DNA of 64,000 nucleotides, from the NCBI GenBank assembly GCA_036743175.1, contig DAINQB010000002.1, forward strand, positions 26,757 to 90,756, given 5' to 3'. The position numbers and the translations under genes are program-made. Every line of letters starts with the position of its first letter. Positions within the stretch are counted from its first letter, which is position 1. Shown here piece after piece: positions 38,644-48,708 of this stretch. This DNA is from Bacillota bacterium. Lineage in GTDB: Bacteria > Bacillota > Clostridia > DUPQ01. Below the pieces are notes generated by a model. That model was not told where the DNA came from. It made no database searches and saw nothing but the letters and a program-made list of their open reading frames with translations.

Positions 38644-40153
38644 CCTGAAACACGGAATATGCCCTGTTGGCTGCGTTCAGATATGCTTTGATACTGGCTT
38701 CAATTATATCCGTCGATACGCCATGTCCTGCAAAACGGTGTCCGTTCTTCAGCACCTTTACATTGACTTCACCCATGGCATCCTTTCCACCGGTGACAGC
38801 CTTTATGGTATAGTCCTCAAGGGTCATGGGGAATTCCATGCATCTTTCAATTGCGTTCAAAGAGGCATCGATTGGGCCATCCCCCGTTGCTGCTTCAGTG
38901 ATATATTCATCACCTTTTTTCAACCTCAATGTTGCGGTTGAAATCAGCTTGTTTCCGCTGCTTATCTGGAAACTGTCGAGTTCAAACACTTCCTCGACCC
39001 TGAACATTTTTTCAAGAAGTATGGCTTCAATGTCTTCGGTCAGAACCTGCTTCTTCTTGTCAGCCAGGTCCTTGAATTTAAGGAAGGCATCATTGAGGTC
39101 ATCTTTGCCAAGGTCATAACCCATTTCCTTCAGTCTGTCTTCAAAAGCATGCCTTCCGGAATGCTTTCCAAGCACCATATTATTATGCTTGAGCCCTATT
39201 GATTCAGGGGTCATAATTTCATATGTGCTTTTTTCAGCAAGGATTCCATGCTGATGAATTCCTGATTCATGGGCGAATGCATTCTTGCCGACTATTGCCT
39301 TGTTGGGCTGAACATTTATGCCAGTAAGCGAGCTTACCAGATTGCTGGTCTTGCTTATCAATGTAGTATTTATTCCATGTGTGAATTCATAGAAATCCTT
39401 CCTGGTGTCAATGGCCATTATTATTTCCTCAAGGGCAGCATTTCCTGCTCTTTCACCAAGGCCATTTATTGTACACTCAATCAGGTCTGCTCCGTTTTGT
39501 ATTGCTGCAAGGGAATTGGCCACTGCCAGTCCGAGGTCATTGTGGCAATGCACGGATATTCCTACTTTTTCTATTCCCTTTACATTGGCCTTGATGTCCC
39601 TTATCAGGCTTCCGAATTCATCGGGTGTTGTATATCCGACGGTATCGGGAACGTTCAGCATGATTGCTCCTGCCTCAATGGCTGCTTCATATACCCTGTA
39701 CAGGAATTCCCGTCTTGACCTGCTGGCATCCTCAGCTGAGAATTCAACGTAATCAGTATATGACTTTGCCCTTTTGACCATGGCTGTTGTTCTTTCAAGG
39801 ACCTCTTCCTCGGTCATCCTGAGCTTGTACTTCATATGTATGTCGCTGGTTGCAATGAAAGTATGAATCCCCGGGTTCCTGGCACCTTTTACGGCCTCCC
39901 ATGCTGTGTCAATGTCCTTTTCCACTGCTCTTGCAAGACTTGTCACCGTACAATTCTTAACTGTTTCCGCAACAGCTTTTACAGCTTCAAAGTCTCCCTT
40001 TGATGTAATTGCAAACCCTGCTTCAATGGTATCCACGCCAAGTAGTTCAAGCTGCCTTGCTATTGCAGTTTTTTCCTCTAGATTCAGGCTTACTCCGGGA
40101 GTCTGTTCGCCGTCTCTAAGTGTCGTGTCGAGTATCCTTATTCTTCTTGTCAT
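38615..40153 (-). CDS. leuA: 2-isopropylmalate synthase
   Basis: Motifs LRDGEQ and HCHNDLGLAVANS are present. The start was chosen at MTRRIRIL, which has a GAAGGTGG RBS. Confidence 0.9.
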   Translation of the reverse strand: MTRRIRILDTTLRDGEQTPGVSLNLEEKTAIARQLELLGVDTIEAGFAITSKGDFEAVKAVAETVKNCTVTSLARAVEKDIDTAWEAVKGARNPGIHTFIATSDIHMKYKLRMTEEEVLERTTAMVKRAKSYTDYVEFSAEDASRSRREFLYRVYEAAIEAGAIMLNVPDTVGYTTPDEFGSLIRDIKANVKGIEKVGISVHCHNDLGLAVANSLAAIQNGADLIECTINGLGERAGNAALEEIIMAIDTRKDFYEFTHGINTTLISKTSNLVSSLTGINVQPNKAIVGKNAFAHESGIHQHGILAEKSTYEIMTPESIGLKHNNMVLGKHSGRHAFEDRLKEMGYDLGKDDLNDAFLKFKDLADKKKQVLTEDIEAILLEKMFRVEEVFELDSFQISSGNKLISTATLRLKKGDEYITEAATGDGPIDASLNAIERCMEFPMTLEDYTIKAVTGGKDAMGEVNVKVLKNGHRFAGHGVSTDIIEASIKAYLNAANRAYSVFQGVGQGEQDE

Positions 40154-40213
40154 GAATTCCACCTTCTTTCCTTTTATAAACAATACCCGGCTGTTTCGCC
40201 GGGTATCAGTTCC

Positions 40214-41245
40214 TTATTTCTTGAGCCAACTCATCATTTTCCTTAATTCCGCCCCGACGGTCTCGAGCTGATGCTCCGCTTCCTTTCGCCGGGTTGCAAG
40301 GAACCTTGCCCTTCCGCCGGCTTTGTTTTCAGATACCCATGCTCCTGCAAAGGTACCTGTTTGTATGTCTGATAGGATTTCCCTCATCCTGGCCCTTGTT
40401 TCCTGGGTGATAATCTTTTTCCCTGTAATATAGTCACCGTATTCGGCAGTATCGCTTACAGAATATCTCATATATCCGAACCCACCTTCGTTAATAAGGT
40501 CGATTATAAGCTTCATCTCATGTATGCATTCAAAGTATGCTATCTCGGGCTGGTATCCGGCTTCAACCAGGGTTTCGAATCCGGCTTTCATCAATTCAGT
40601 GACACCACCGCATAGTACAGCCTGTTCGCCGAACAAATCAGTTTCAGTTTCTTCCCTGAATGTTGTTTCCAGGATACCCGCTCTTCCGGCACCGATTCCG
40701 CAGGCATATGCAAGGGCATATTCCTTGGCTTTTCCTGTTTCATCCTGGTAAATGGCTATAAGTGCGGGAACCCCTCTGCCTTCAACATACTGGCTTCTTA
40801 CAGTATGTCCCGGTCCCTTGGGAGCTACCATTATTACATCAGTTCCCTTTGGTGCAATTATCTGCTGGAATGTTATATTGAAACCATGTGCAAACATGAG
40901 GACATTTCCCTCTTCAAGATATGGTTCTACATCAGCCTTGAAAATATCCGCCTGCAGTTCATCAGGAACCAGCATCATTATGAGATCCCCTGCCTTTGCA
41001 GCTTCGGCCGGTTCTGCAACTGCAAGACCTGCTCCGGAGGCAAGCGCCCATCTCTTTGAGTCTTTCCTGAGTCCGACTACCACATCGTATCCGCTTTCAT
41101 GCAGGTTGAGTGCATGGGCATGACCCTGGCTCCCATATCCGATGATGGCTATCTTCTTACCCTTAAGTATTTCAGGATTGCTGTCCTTGTCGTAATACAT
41201 TTTTGCCACTTGTATTTCCTCCTTACAATATGTGGTTGTCGCCAC
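40214..41245 (-). CDS. ilvC: ketol-acid reductoisomerase
   Basis: The NADPH-binding motif [15 protein letters not shown] and the conserved C-terminal knotted domain are present. Confidence 0.95.
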   Translation of the reverse strand: MATTTYCKEEIQVAKMYYDKDSNPEILKGKKIAIIGYGSQGHAHALNLHESGYDVVVGLRKDSKRWALASGAGLAVAEPAEAAKAGDLIMMLVPDELQADIFKADVEPYLEEGNVLMFAHGFNITFQQIIAPKGTDVIMVAPKGPGHTVRSQYVEGRGVPALIAIYQDETGKAKEYALAYACGIGAGRAGILETTFREETETDLFGEQAVLCGGVTELMKAGFETLVEAGYQPEIAYFECIHEMKLIIDLINEGGFGYMRYSVSDTAEYGDYITGKKIITQETRARMREILSDIQTGTFAGAWVSENKAGGRARFLATRRKEAEHQLETVGAELRKMMSWLKK

Positions 41246-41723
41246 TGCCCCTCTCGATTGCTATGACCCCGGTTCTTACAACTTCAAGTATTCCATATGG
41301 TTCAAGCAATGAGGAAAGCGCGTTTATTTTTTCCTGATCCGCAGATATTTCAACGGTCATGGATTCAGGCGCAACATCAACGATGTTTGCCCTGAATATA
41401 TCAACAAGCTGAATTATTTCAGTCCTGGTTCCGGCATTTGCCTTTACTTTGATAAGGACCAGTTCGCGTCCGACGAACTCAGATGTCTTGAATACCTTGA
41501 TCTTAATTACATCAACAAGTTTGTTCAATTGCTTGCTTACCTGGTCGATTATATAATCATCACCGTTCACTACTATTGTTATCCTGGATATTCCGGGATC
41601 GCTGGTTTCACCAACGGCCAGACTGTCAATGTTGAATCCCCTTCTGCTGAACAGACCTGCAACCCTCGAGAGCACTCCTGCGTGGTTCTCCACGAGTACG
41701 GATAAAGTATGTCTTTGTTCCAT
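41223..41723 (-). CDS. ilvH: acetolactate synthase small (regulatory) subunit
   Basis: An ACT domain reads [28 protein letters not shown]. The protein is 166 aa. Confidence 0.9.
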   Translation of the reverse strand: MEQRHTLSVLVENHAGVLSRVAGLFSRRGFNIDSLAVGETSDPGISRITIVVNGDDYIIDQVSKQLNKLVDVIKIKVFKTSEFVGRELVLIKVKANAGTRTEIIQLVDIFRANIVDVAPESMTVEISADQEKINALSSLLEPYGILEVVRTGVIAIERGSGDNHIL

Positions 41724-41786
41724 CAGTGCACCTCCTGTTTAATTGCCCTATATAATATCACAATTCGGTTAGTGTAGTATTAAAAA

Positions 41787-41815
41787 ATAATAATGAATAA
41801 ATATGCAATTGTCAA
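41787..41815 (-). promoter_or_regulatory. sigma70-like promoter (TTGACA-N17-TATTAT) for the ilvH-ilvC-leuA-cimA operon
   Basis: Read on the minus strand: TTGACA at 41815-41810 and TATTAT at 41792-41787. The leader is about 60 nt with no attenuator. Confidence 0.45.
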
Positions 41816-41909
41816 GAAAACACTGTGCTTTACGGACTTCATTATGTGGTTTTTCAGCCTTACACTTTCTTGGTTTGATTTCTTTAGTATCAGATGATAT
41901 ATTCACTGT

Positions 41910-42284
41910 ATGTTTTATATCATTCCCGTACTGCTTGATATATTGAAATATTTTGTGCTTTACATACTGCACCTTGGTGGTATGGATGGCAAAACGGCAA
42001 GGACGAATGCACTGTGGTTCGGTGGAGTGTTTTTCATCACAAAGATGGTACCGTTCTTTTTTCTTCCGGATGAAAACCTGATTTCAATCGTAACGGGCTT
42101 TCGTGGATTTGCTTTCATATCGACCTTCGGATTCATAGGAATATTCATATCCACTGCAGTAGCAACCTTTATTATCTATGGAATGTTCAGACTCAAAGCA
42201 AGAATCAATGAAACTGGTGGAAAACTGGGTGACATCCTATACCTGCTGTTGCTTTTGTTTTTGTTGTTTGTTCAGTTGATATAG
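41910..42284 (+). CDS. small membrane protein, hypothetical
   Basis: A 124-aa protein with 3-4 hydrophobic helices and no recognisable motif. Confidence 0.35.
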   Translation: MFYIIPVLLDILKYFVLYILHLGGMDGKTARTNALWFGGVFFITKMVPFFFLPDENLISIVTGFRGFAFISTFGFIGIFISTAVATFIIYGMFRLKARINETGGKLGDILYLLLLLFLLFVQLI

Positions 42285-42330
42285 CTGCTTTGTACATATT
42301 TGAAAACGCTTATATCCGGGATTATAAATT

Positions 42331-42609
42331 TCAATCGAACAAATCTGAGTGTGAACCTGTTCGGATAAGGTACAGCGTCATATCACAATTCGATACTTCA
42401 TATATAAGAAGCCAGTCAGGCATTAGATGACATTCTCTTTTTGTATGAAAGATGCCTGATAATCTGTGATCCCTGTTTTTTTCAGGCAGCTTTTCACCTT
42501 TTGCAAGTTTTTCAATAATCCGGGTCAACTCTCTGAGGTCATAACCCCTTTTACCCATTCTTTTCAAATCTTTTTGAAACTTTGAGGTGGGCTTGATGAT
42601 ATATTTCAT
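42331..42609 (-). CDS. yafQ: type II toxin-antitoxin system YafQ/RelE-family toxin
   Basis: A 92-aa RelE/YafQ-like protein. It overlaps the upstream antitoxin gene by 4 nt. Confidence 0.7.
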   Translation of the reverse strand: MKYIIKPTSKFQKDLKRMGKRGYDLRELTRIIEKLAKGEKLPEKNRDHRLSGIFHTKRECHLMPDWLLIYEVSNCDMTLYLIRTGSHSDLFD

Positions 42610-42881
42610 TCCTGAATATCATTAAGCATACTATCGACATCATAGTATCCTTTATATGATTCCGGATCTGCCTTCATTTTCTCTACTTCTCTTATTGCGG
42701 CAATGGTTTCGGTATTGGGGACCCTTTTGGAAATAATAAAGGGAATTGCCTGTTCTCTCACAGCTTGCTTTGTAAAAGCAATTATTGCAGTGGTCATGGA
42801 CAACCCAAGCTCTGAAAACAATTCCTCTGCCTGTCTTTTCAGTTCCTCGTCCATTCTGATTGTAATGTTTTTGGTAGCCAT
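42606..42881 (-). CDS. dinJ: type II antitoxin, DinJ/RelB family
   Basis: The protein begins MATKNITIRMDEELKRQAEE, a ribbon-helix-helix N-terminus. The RBS is AGGGGAAAGAAGG. Confidence 0.7.
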   Translation of the reverse strand: MATKNITIRMDEELKRQAEELFSELGLSMTTAIIAFTKQAVREQAIPFIISKRVPNTETIAAIREVEKMKADPESYKGYYDVDSMLNDIQE

Positions 42882-43036
42882 AATAACCTTCTTTCCCCTC
42901 AATTATAATACCTGTATTGCAATTGTCAATGCATTATAATTACATAGCGCATATTTTGCACACTTAATCTCATCATCATATTGCTTTTGTCAAATGATAT
43001 AAAGCTTTCCAATAGAATATGTTCATTGGTGGCGTT

Positions 43037-44557
43037 TCAGTTGCCATTGATCAATGCAAGCTCATCAATCCACCCATGCCTTGAATTTGTCCTTGCAATA
43101 TAATCATCCACGGCAGCACTGATGTCTGCATCATCATATAGAATATTTCTGAAGAGTTCAGCAGTATCACTGAATAAAGCTGCATTCAGTTCTTCAACTT
43201 CAATCCTGATTCTGTCAAATGGTACATAGTATGACAAACTGCTTCCAAAATTTGCAGAGAGCTCTTCCTTGATTCGATTGTCTTCTTCATATCTTACCTT
43301 GATTTTCTCTGCAACTATATGATTGTCACCGGGATATACAGGCTTAATTTCATTGATTCCGCCTATGTTGACATAAATGTCAATGTCAGCTCTGTTCAGT
43401 GTATCCATATAATCCCCCAACAGGGAATAATAGGTAATCCTATCCTCATAATTCTTATTTTCAAAACCATAGACCAGATCAACATATCCATCTGTATTGC
43501 CGACAGCCAGGTCAAGGAAATCCGCAAGCTTATCCTTTGGATTTTCTGTGTCAGACATGACAGCAACGGCAAGGCACTGATATTTTTCAGGTATCAGATA
43601 CCTTTCATTAAGCCCGGCTATATAAAATGAGTATGCATTGTTGCTGTATGTGCCGGTCGACTGCATGGAGTACATCGATGCAGTATTATAATCATCTTCA
43701 ATACGATTCCACTCGATTATCAGATTTTCATCAAAAAGTAATTTGATGAATGTCATTGCTTCAACAAAGTTTTCTTTGTTCACAAAATTTTCAAACTTGT
43801 TGCTGTATGGATTGTACTGTATAGGTTCCCCTGGTGAACCATAGCAGCCAAAAGCTCTGAAAATATCATTAAAAGAGGAGATGACATATTCAGAACCTTC
43901 AAACAGATGAAATCTTCCATTAAGAATAAATTCAAACAGATATGTATCATTCACACCGTTCCCATCAAAATCCTCCCTTGCCACAACCTTTGCATATTCA
44001 TAAAGTTCCTCGATTGTCCTGGGCACTTCAACTCCTGCAGCATCAAGCATATCCTTGTCAAAGATACGAAACCCCGAGAGTATATTGTCAGTCAGGGGGA
44101 CAGCCCATGTATTTTCGGATGAATCTGAAAACGCATCCAGTGTTCCCATGCTTAAATTACCAAGGCCCGGTAGTCCGTCAATGAATGAATCAACAGGTCT
44201 AATTAGATGGGCATCCATTAGTTGATTGAGGATTTCGAAATCCGTAATATATATAAGTCCCTCTGTTTCATACTTTCTTACAAAATCCTCTATATCCATC
44301 TGTCCCTTGTTCCAAAATGCACCGCCGCTCTTAAGTCGGATATATTCCAGATCGATGTCATATCCATATTTATTATCCATGTAGTCTTCCCAGTCCGTGA
44401 CATAGTAATCTTCGGGGATCTGCTCCCTTCTGGGATAGTATATTTTTATTGTCTTTTTTTCAGAGGAGTTTTGTTTATAGGTATCAAGGTTTCTTGTATT
44501 CGAGCAGCCTGATAATAACAAACCAATTACCAATAGAATTGAAAATATTTTTTTCAT
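43037..44557 (-). CDS. extracellular solute-binding lipoprotein (ABC transporter family 1 SBP), orphan
   Basis: A signal peptide with the lipobox LLSGC, and a 506-aa SBP_bac_1-like fold. There are no adjacent permease or ATPase genes. Confidence 0.75.
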   Translation of the reverse strand: MKKIFSILLVIGLLLSGCSNTRNLDTYKQNSSEKKTIKIYYPRREQIPEDYYVTDWEDYMDNKYGYDIDLEYIRLKSGGAFWNKGQMDIEDFVRKYETEGLIYITDFEILNQLMDAHLIRPVDSFIDGLPGLGNLSMGTLDAFSDSSENTWAVPLTDNILSGFRIFDKDMLDAAGVEVPRTIEELYEYAKVVAREDFDGNGVNDTYLFEFILNGRFHLFEGSEYVISSFNDIFRAFGCYGSPGEPIQYNPYSNKFENFVNKENFVEAMTFIKLLFDENLIIEWNRIEDDYNTASMYSMQSTGTYSNNAYSFYIAGLNERYLIPEKYQCLAVAVMSDTENPKDKLADFLDLAVGNTDGYVDLVYGFENKNYEDRITYYSLLGDYMDTLNRADIDIYVNIGGINEIKPVYPGDNHIVAEKIKVRYEEDNRIKEELSANFGSSLSYYVPFDRIRIEVEELNAALFSDTAELFRNILYDDADISAAVDDYIARTNSRHGWIDELALINGN

Positions 44558-44674
44558 ATGCCCCCTTTTGAAGAATTTTATATGCTTTACAGCAAGACTA
44601 TTTCTTTTTCTCTTCAGTCAAACATAGTGCAGAGCTGCCAATCTGTATACATTCCTCAGAATCCGTTGTTCAAT

Positions 44675-45010
44675 TTACACTTTTACCAATACAATTTCCT
44701 GGTTTTCGTCGTGAGTTCCCCTTGGATACACTTTAATTTCCATGCCCATACCAAGTTCATTCATATAGTTTATCAGGGTTGATATTTTTACATCCTTTCT
44801 GGATTCAAGTTTTGAAATACCGGATTGTGAAAATGATTTTATCTCATCCTGCCTGATTCCCTGCATTTTTCTGAGCTCTGAAAGCTTTATCAGGAAAATA
44901 TCATGTGCAGCTTCACGTTTTGCCTGCTCTGTTTCCGCAATGCTTAGCTCACCTTCCAGTTTGCTTATATAATCCTCATATATCTTCATACTATTCACCT
45001 TCATCTGCAA
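44675..45010 (-). CDS. XRE-family HTH protein, HigA-like antitoxin
   Basis: A C-terminal HTH (ISKLESRKDVKISTLINYMNELG). It lies downstream of a RelE/HigB-like toxin gene, in toxin-first order. Confidence 0.6.
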   Translation of the reverse strand: MQMKVNSMKIYEDYISKLEGELSIAETEQAKREAAHDIFLIKLSELRKMQGIRQDEIKSFSQSGISKLESRKDVKISTLINYMNELGMGMEIKVYPRGTHDENQEIVLVKV

Positions 45011-45085
45011 AATAATTGCTATAAATATTATCTGCTGTTTTGATCATAGTGTTATAGAATCTTTTATTCCCCGACTTATTTCCAC

Positions 45086-45334
45086 CTATAAGTAAAAGAT
45101 CTCCCTGTTTCTATCAATCACATAGAATATCCGAATTTCCTGATTCAATGCACTTATTCTTAGTTCTTTCAAATTAGAAAAAAGGCTTCCATTTATTGAG
45201 TCCGCGTACGGTCGCCCGAGTTGCGGGCCAAACCTTTTCAGCAAATATAGTCGTGAAAGGATTTTTACCTTTATTTTTGTGTCAAGGATTTCTATCCAAC
45301 AGTCGAATTCCTGAGTTGCATTTACTTTCCACAT
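45086..45334 (-). CDS. RelE/ParE-superfamily toxin, HigB-like
   Basis: An 82-aa protein starting MWKVNATQEFDCW, typical of the HigB/Gp49-like family. Confidence 0.55.
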   Translation of the reverse strand: MWKVNATQEFDCWIEILDTKIKVKILSRLYLLKRFGPQLGRPYADSINGSLFSNLKELRISALNQEIRIFYVIDRNREIFYL

Positions 45335-45438
45335 CTATATTACCACCATAAAATATGAAGTCAAGTGAATTTTTTCTCATGAATGATTCACCTGATTGAC
45401 ATTATATGACATATGTTGCCAGTTGACAATTATTGTTA

Positions 45439-46281
45439 TTATATTATTACTCTGTTCAAAAACTTTTTCGCTATCCTCTGCAGCTCTATGAGTTTCCTGA
45501 AATTCTGCAAAGGCCTGTCTGTCATCTTATACATCGGTCTGAATGGTATTATGTGAAAAGGAATGTTTTTATCCACTGATGCAAGCCAGCTGCTCATCTT
45601 TTCCATTTCTTCTTCGGAGTCATTGAGCCCTGGAATTGATAGGTTCGTTATTTCGACATGGCACTTCTTTACTGCGGCTTTTATTGTTTCCTTGACAGGT
45701 TCAAGGTGTCCTCCACAGATATTTCGGTAAAACTCATCATTGAAAGCTTTCAGGTCTATGTTCATTGCATCAACATATTGTATGATCTCTTCAAGCGGCT
45801 CAGGATTGATATAGCCATTTGTAACCAGAACAACCTTCAACCCCAGTTCTTTCGCCAGCCTTGAAGTGTCAAGCACATATTCATACCAGATTATCGGTTC
45901 ATTATATGTAAAGGCAATTCCGATATTGTTTTTAAGATTACCGGCTGCTTCACAGAGCTCCGAGGGACTCAGTTCCCGGACAGCCGGCATTTCCCTTGAA
46001 ATATGATAATTCTGGCAGAATGAGCACTTGAAATTGCAGCCGAATGTTCCAACGGAAAGAATATGGCTTCCGGGCATGAAATAATCAAGGGGCTTTTTTT
46101 CGATTGGATCCAGTGCCAGGGATGATACCTTACCATAGGTCAGTGTTTCGAGAACTCCTCCTGTGTTTTTCCTGGCATTGCAAAGTCCCCTGGAACCATC
46201 ATTCAACAGGCAGTTACTGGGGCACAGATTGCATCTGACCTTTTTACCACCGGCCTTTACATAGAACAATGCTTCCTTCAT
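45439..46281 (-). CDS. amrS: AmmeMemoRadiSam system radical SAM enzyme (AmrS; PFL-activase-like)
   Basis: The CX3CX2C motif is CNFKCSFCQN, with an additional N-terminal Cys cluster (CNLCPSNC...GLC). It is adjacent to the Memo/AMMECR1 gene. Confidence 0.85.
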   Translation of the reverse strand: MKEALFYVKAGGKKVRCNLCPSNCLLNDGSRGLCNARKNTGGVLETLTYGKVSSLALDPIEKKPLDYFMPGSHILSVGTFGCNFKCSFCQNYHISREMPAVRELSPSELCEAAGNLKNNIGIAFTYNEPIIWYEYVLDTSRLAKELGLKVVLVTNGYINPEPLEEIIQYVDAMNIDLKAFNDEFYRNICGGHLEPVKETIKAAVKKCHVEITNLSIPGLNDSEEEMEKMSSWLASVDKNIPFHIIPFRPMYKMTDRPLQNFRKLIELQRIAKKFLNRVII

Positions 46282-47669
46282 TTGAATCTCTCTACCTTGA
46301 ATCTCTCCATTTCATATTTTTCATTATCGTGGATTCCCGCTTTCCTAAGAGCAATTTCCACCTGTTCCTCCACTGTATCTATCCCCTCAAGATTTGGAAG
46401 CAGCAATCCGCTTTTATATCCGCTTCGGACAATCACCCCATACTCAATTACATTCAACTCATCAATGGATTCAATGGGTTCAGGCTCATGAAGCAGGTCC
46501 ACACTTATTTCCAGGTCGTCCAATTCCCACTCTTCTATGGGATTGAACCTTGGATCCCTTGTAGCTGCACTTATGGCGTTGTTTATAATTTCTTTTTCAA
46601 CGCATGATGCAGTAGGTGATATGGTTCCTATGCAGCCCCTCAGACTTCCGTGTTTCTTGATGGATACAAAGACGCCTTTCTTCATTTCACTTTTTTTGTC
46701 CGGGTTGATTACATATCCGTACTTTACATATTCCTCGATGGTTCTTCTTGCCAGTTTTACATATTCCGATTCATTCTTACCCGCCTCGGTCTTCGCTTCA
46801 GCCATACGCCTTATATATTTGTCCATGCTGCTTATTGCTCCGGGACCTTCGTCAACTATTGAAGCAGTCAAGTACCCTACCCCGAAAGGACCCTCATATG
46901 AATGGACTGTCTGGCTGGTCCGCCTGTTTTCATATATGCCCAGTAGTATGGTGATGGATCGGTGCCCGCACTCACCTGCATTGTTCTGTATCTTTTCGTC
47001 AATGGCCAGGAACTCGGAAAAATCACCTTTTCGCAATGCATCTGCAACCATTTTGTCATATACGGGACCATCAGCATTGAAGTCATAGGGTCCGTCATCC
47101 TTAAGTCTATGGGACAGGTCGGAACTCGCTATGACAACAGCTTTTCTTCCTGTCTTTTCAATTGCTTCCCTGAGTGCAATTCCGCAATTATATAATTTCT
47201 CCGGACCCAGGGTTCCATAGGTAAGGTGTATGAGTTTGAATTCCTCAAGCCTTTCATTTATGAAATAAAGGGGGACCAGAACACCGTGGTCAAGTTCCTT
47301 GTCCAGGTGATAGTGGTGTGATGAGTTCCGGTCATTTATGACTACCTCAATGGAAGCGGCATCAAGTCTTTCACAGAATTCTTCCATCAATTCAATATCG
47401 TTCTGATATGAAAACTCCATGTCATTTCGCCCGAATCTACCGAGATTCCCCACCAGTGTCTTTCCTGCATTTATACACACGGCATCCCTGAAGACCGGAC
47501 CATGGGGTGTAATTACGACAATTGTCCCGGGTTCCTCGGCCTCTATTTCACGTGCTATCTTTCTACAGCCCTCTATGGTTGCAGAAGCCTTCTTCTCCTC
47601 GCCTCTTCCTATTTCAGGAAGTATGATCGGAGGATGGGGCATTATATATCCGTTTATCCTATGGTCCAT
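46278..47669 (-). CDS. fused AmmeMemoRadiSam system protein B (Memo/LigB-like) and protein A (AMMECR1 domain)
   Basis: An N-terminal LigB/Memo-like domain of about 270 aa (MPHPPIILPE...ITPHGP) is followed by a C-terminal AMMECR1 domain carrying LRGCIGTISP. Confidence 0.8.
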   Translation of the reverse strand: MDHRINGYIMPHPPIILPEIGRGEEKKASATIEGCRKIAREIEAEEPGTIVVITPHGPVFRDAVCINAGKTLVGNLGRFGRNDMEFSYQNDIELMEEFCERLDAASIEVVINDRNSSHHYHLDKELDHGVLVPLYFINERLEEFKLIHLTYGTLGPEKLYNCGIALREAIEKTGRKAVVIASSDLSHRLKDDGPYDFNADGPVYDKMVADALRKGDFSEFLAIDEKIQNNAGECGHRSITILLGIYENRRTSQTVHSYEGPFGVGYLTASIVDEGPGAISSMDKYIRRMAEAKTEAGKNESEYVKLARRTIEEYVKYGYVINPDKKSEMKKGVFVSIKKHGSLRGCIGTISPTASCVEKEIINNAISAATRDPRFNPIEEWELDDLEISVDLLHEPEPIESIDELNVIEYGVIVRSGYKSGLLLPNLEGIDTVEEQVEIALRKAGIHDNEKYEMERFKVERFK

Positions 47670-47683
47670 ATAATCCTCCCGAC

Positions 47684-47706
47684 AAAAAAAGCCCCGCAGG
47701 GCTTTT
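47684..47706 (-). terminator. intrinsic terminator after the Gfo/Idh/MocA gene
   Basis: A GCCCCGCAGGGC hairpin is flanked by A7 and T5 and immediately follows the stop at 47707. Confidence 0.65.
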
Positions 47707-48600
47707 TCAGTATTTCATCAGTTTCTCTGTTTTTCCACTCTTCATTGCCTTTACCGTGGCATCAAGCAGGTTCATGATCTCAAGGGTATCCTCAAACCCG
47801 ACAGGAGCCGGCCCTCCCTTGAAGAACCTGACTATTCTTTCAAGCAAGCCCTTGTATGCGTATGTCATATCTGCAATGAATACCCTCTTGTCATCATTGC
47901 TCCTTACAGAACCACCATAAACAAAAGCTCCTTCTGCCAGTTCAACGACGCCTCTTCTTCCATCCTTGTATCTGACTACGGTGACAACACCTTTGTCATC
48001 ATTGACGACCGAGACTTCCTCAGCTCCACATCCCATCATTCTTTGAAGCATTTCAAATGCATGGACCCCATACCAAATGACTGATTCACCGGCCGCTGCT
48101 ATACCAAGTGGTCCAAAGACACTTGCACACTGTATGTCACTGACTGAATCAACAGCCTGCTCCATGTTCTGGATGAATCTCAGGGATGACGCGGAGAACA
48201 TCCTTGCATCATACTTTTCAACGAGCCTTTTGATTTCCAGGCCATTTTCCATGGTATCAGCAAGGGGCTTGTCAAGAAACATCGGGAGCCCCAGTTTTGC
48301 TGCTCTTTCAAAATATTCCACATGGAGTGTCGGATCGTTGACTTCAAGCAACAGAGCTTCTGCTCCTTCAACTGCCTTGTCAAAATCCTCATATACCTTT
48401 ACTCCCCACTGTTCAAGCTGGGCTGTTCTTTCGTCAAGCCCCTTCTTGTCCTGGAAAGGCGTTTCAAACCTCATGCAGCTGATTATCTCAAGGCCTTCCA
48501 CCTTCTGGCTGCTTTCACACTCCGGGGCCTGTGTCCTCATTGTAAATTGAATTGAATGACTGGTGTCCAGACCGATTATTGCTGTCTTGATTTTTTTCAT
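47707..48600 (-). CDS. Gfo/Idh/MocA family oxidoreductase
   Basis: An N-terminal Rossmann motif (KTAIIGLDTSH) and a GFO_IDH_MocA-like fold. Confidence 0.8.
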   Translation of the reverse strand: MKKIKTAIIGLDTSHSIQFTMRTQAPECESSQKVEGLEIISCMRFETPFQDKKGLDERTAQLEQWGVKVYEDFDKAVEGAEALLLEVNDPTLHVEYFERAAKLGLPMFLDKPLADTMENGLEIKRLVEKYDARMFSASSLRFIQNMEQAVDSVSDIQCASVFGPLGIAAAGESVIWYGVHAFEMLQRMMGCGAEEVSVVNDDKGVVTVVRYKDGRRGVVELAEGAFVYGGSVRSNDDKRVFIADMTYAYKGLLERIVRFFKGGPAPVGFEDTLEIMNLLDATVKAMKSGKTEKLMKY

Positions 48601-48708
48601 CGTTTTTCCTCCCCATCAGATGAAATCAGTTTACCACCGGCACAGGTGTCTTTCAATAGAATGAAACCGAATTTGTAGTATACTTCTATCAGAAAGGAAA
48701 ATACGCAC

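Noticed and set aside
41724-41909. T-box or attenuator leader upstream of ilvH
   Set aside because: The promoter-to-ATG distance is only about 60 nt. There is no T-box consensus (AATTAGGGTGGNACCGCG-like) and no terminator/antiterminator pair.
41769-41972. 67-aa minus-strand ORF overlapping the ilv promoter region
   Set aside because: It overlaps the predicted ilv promoter and the divergent membrane-protein gene start. It is AT-rich and Lys-rich with no RBS.
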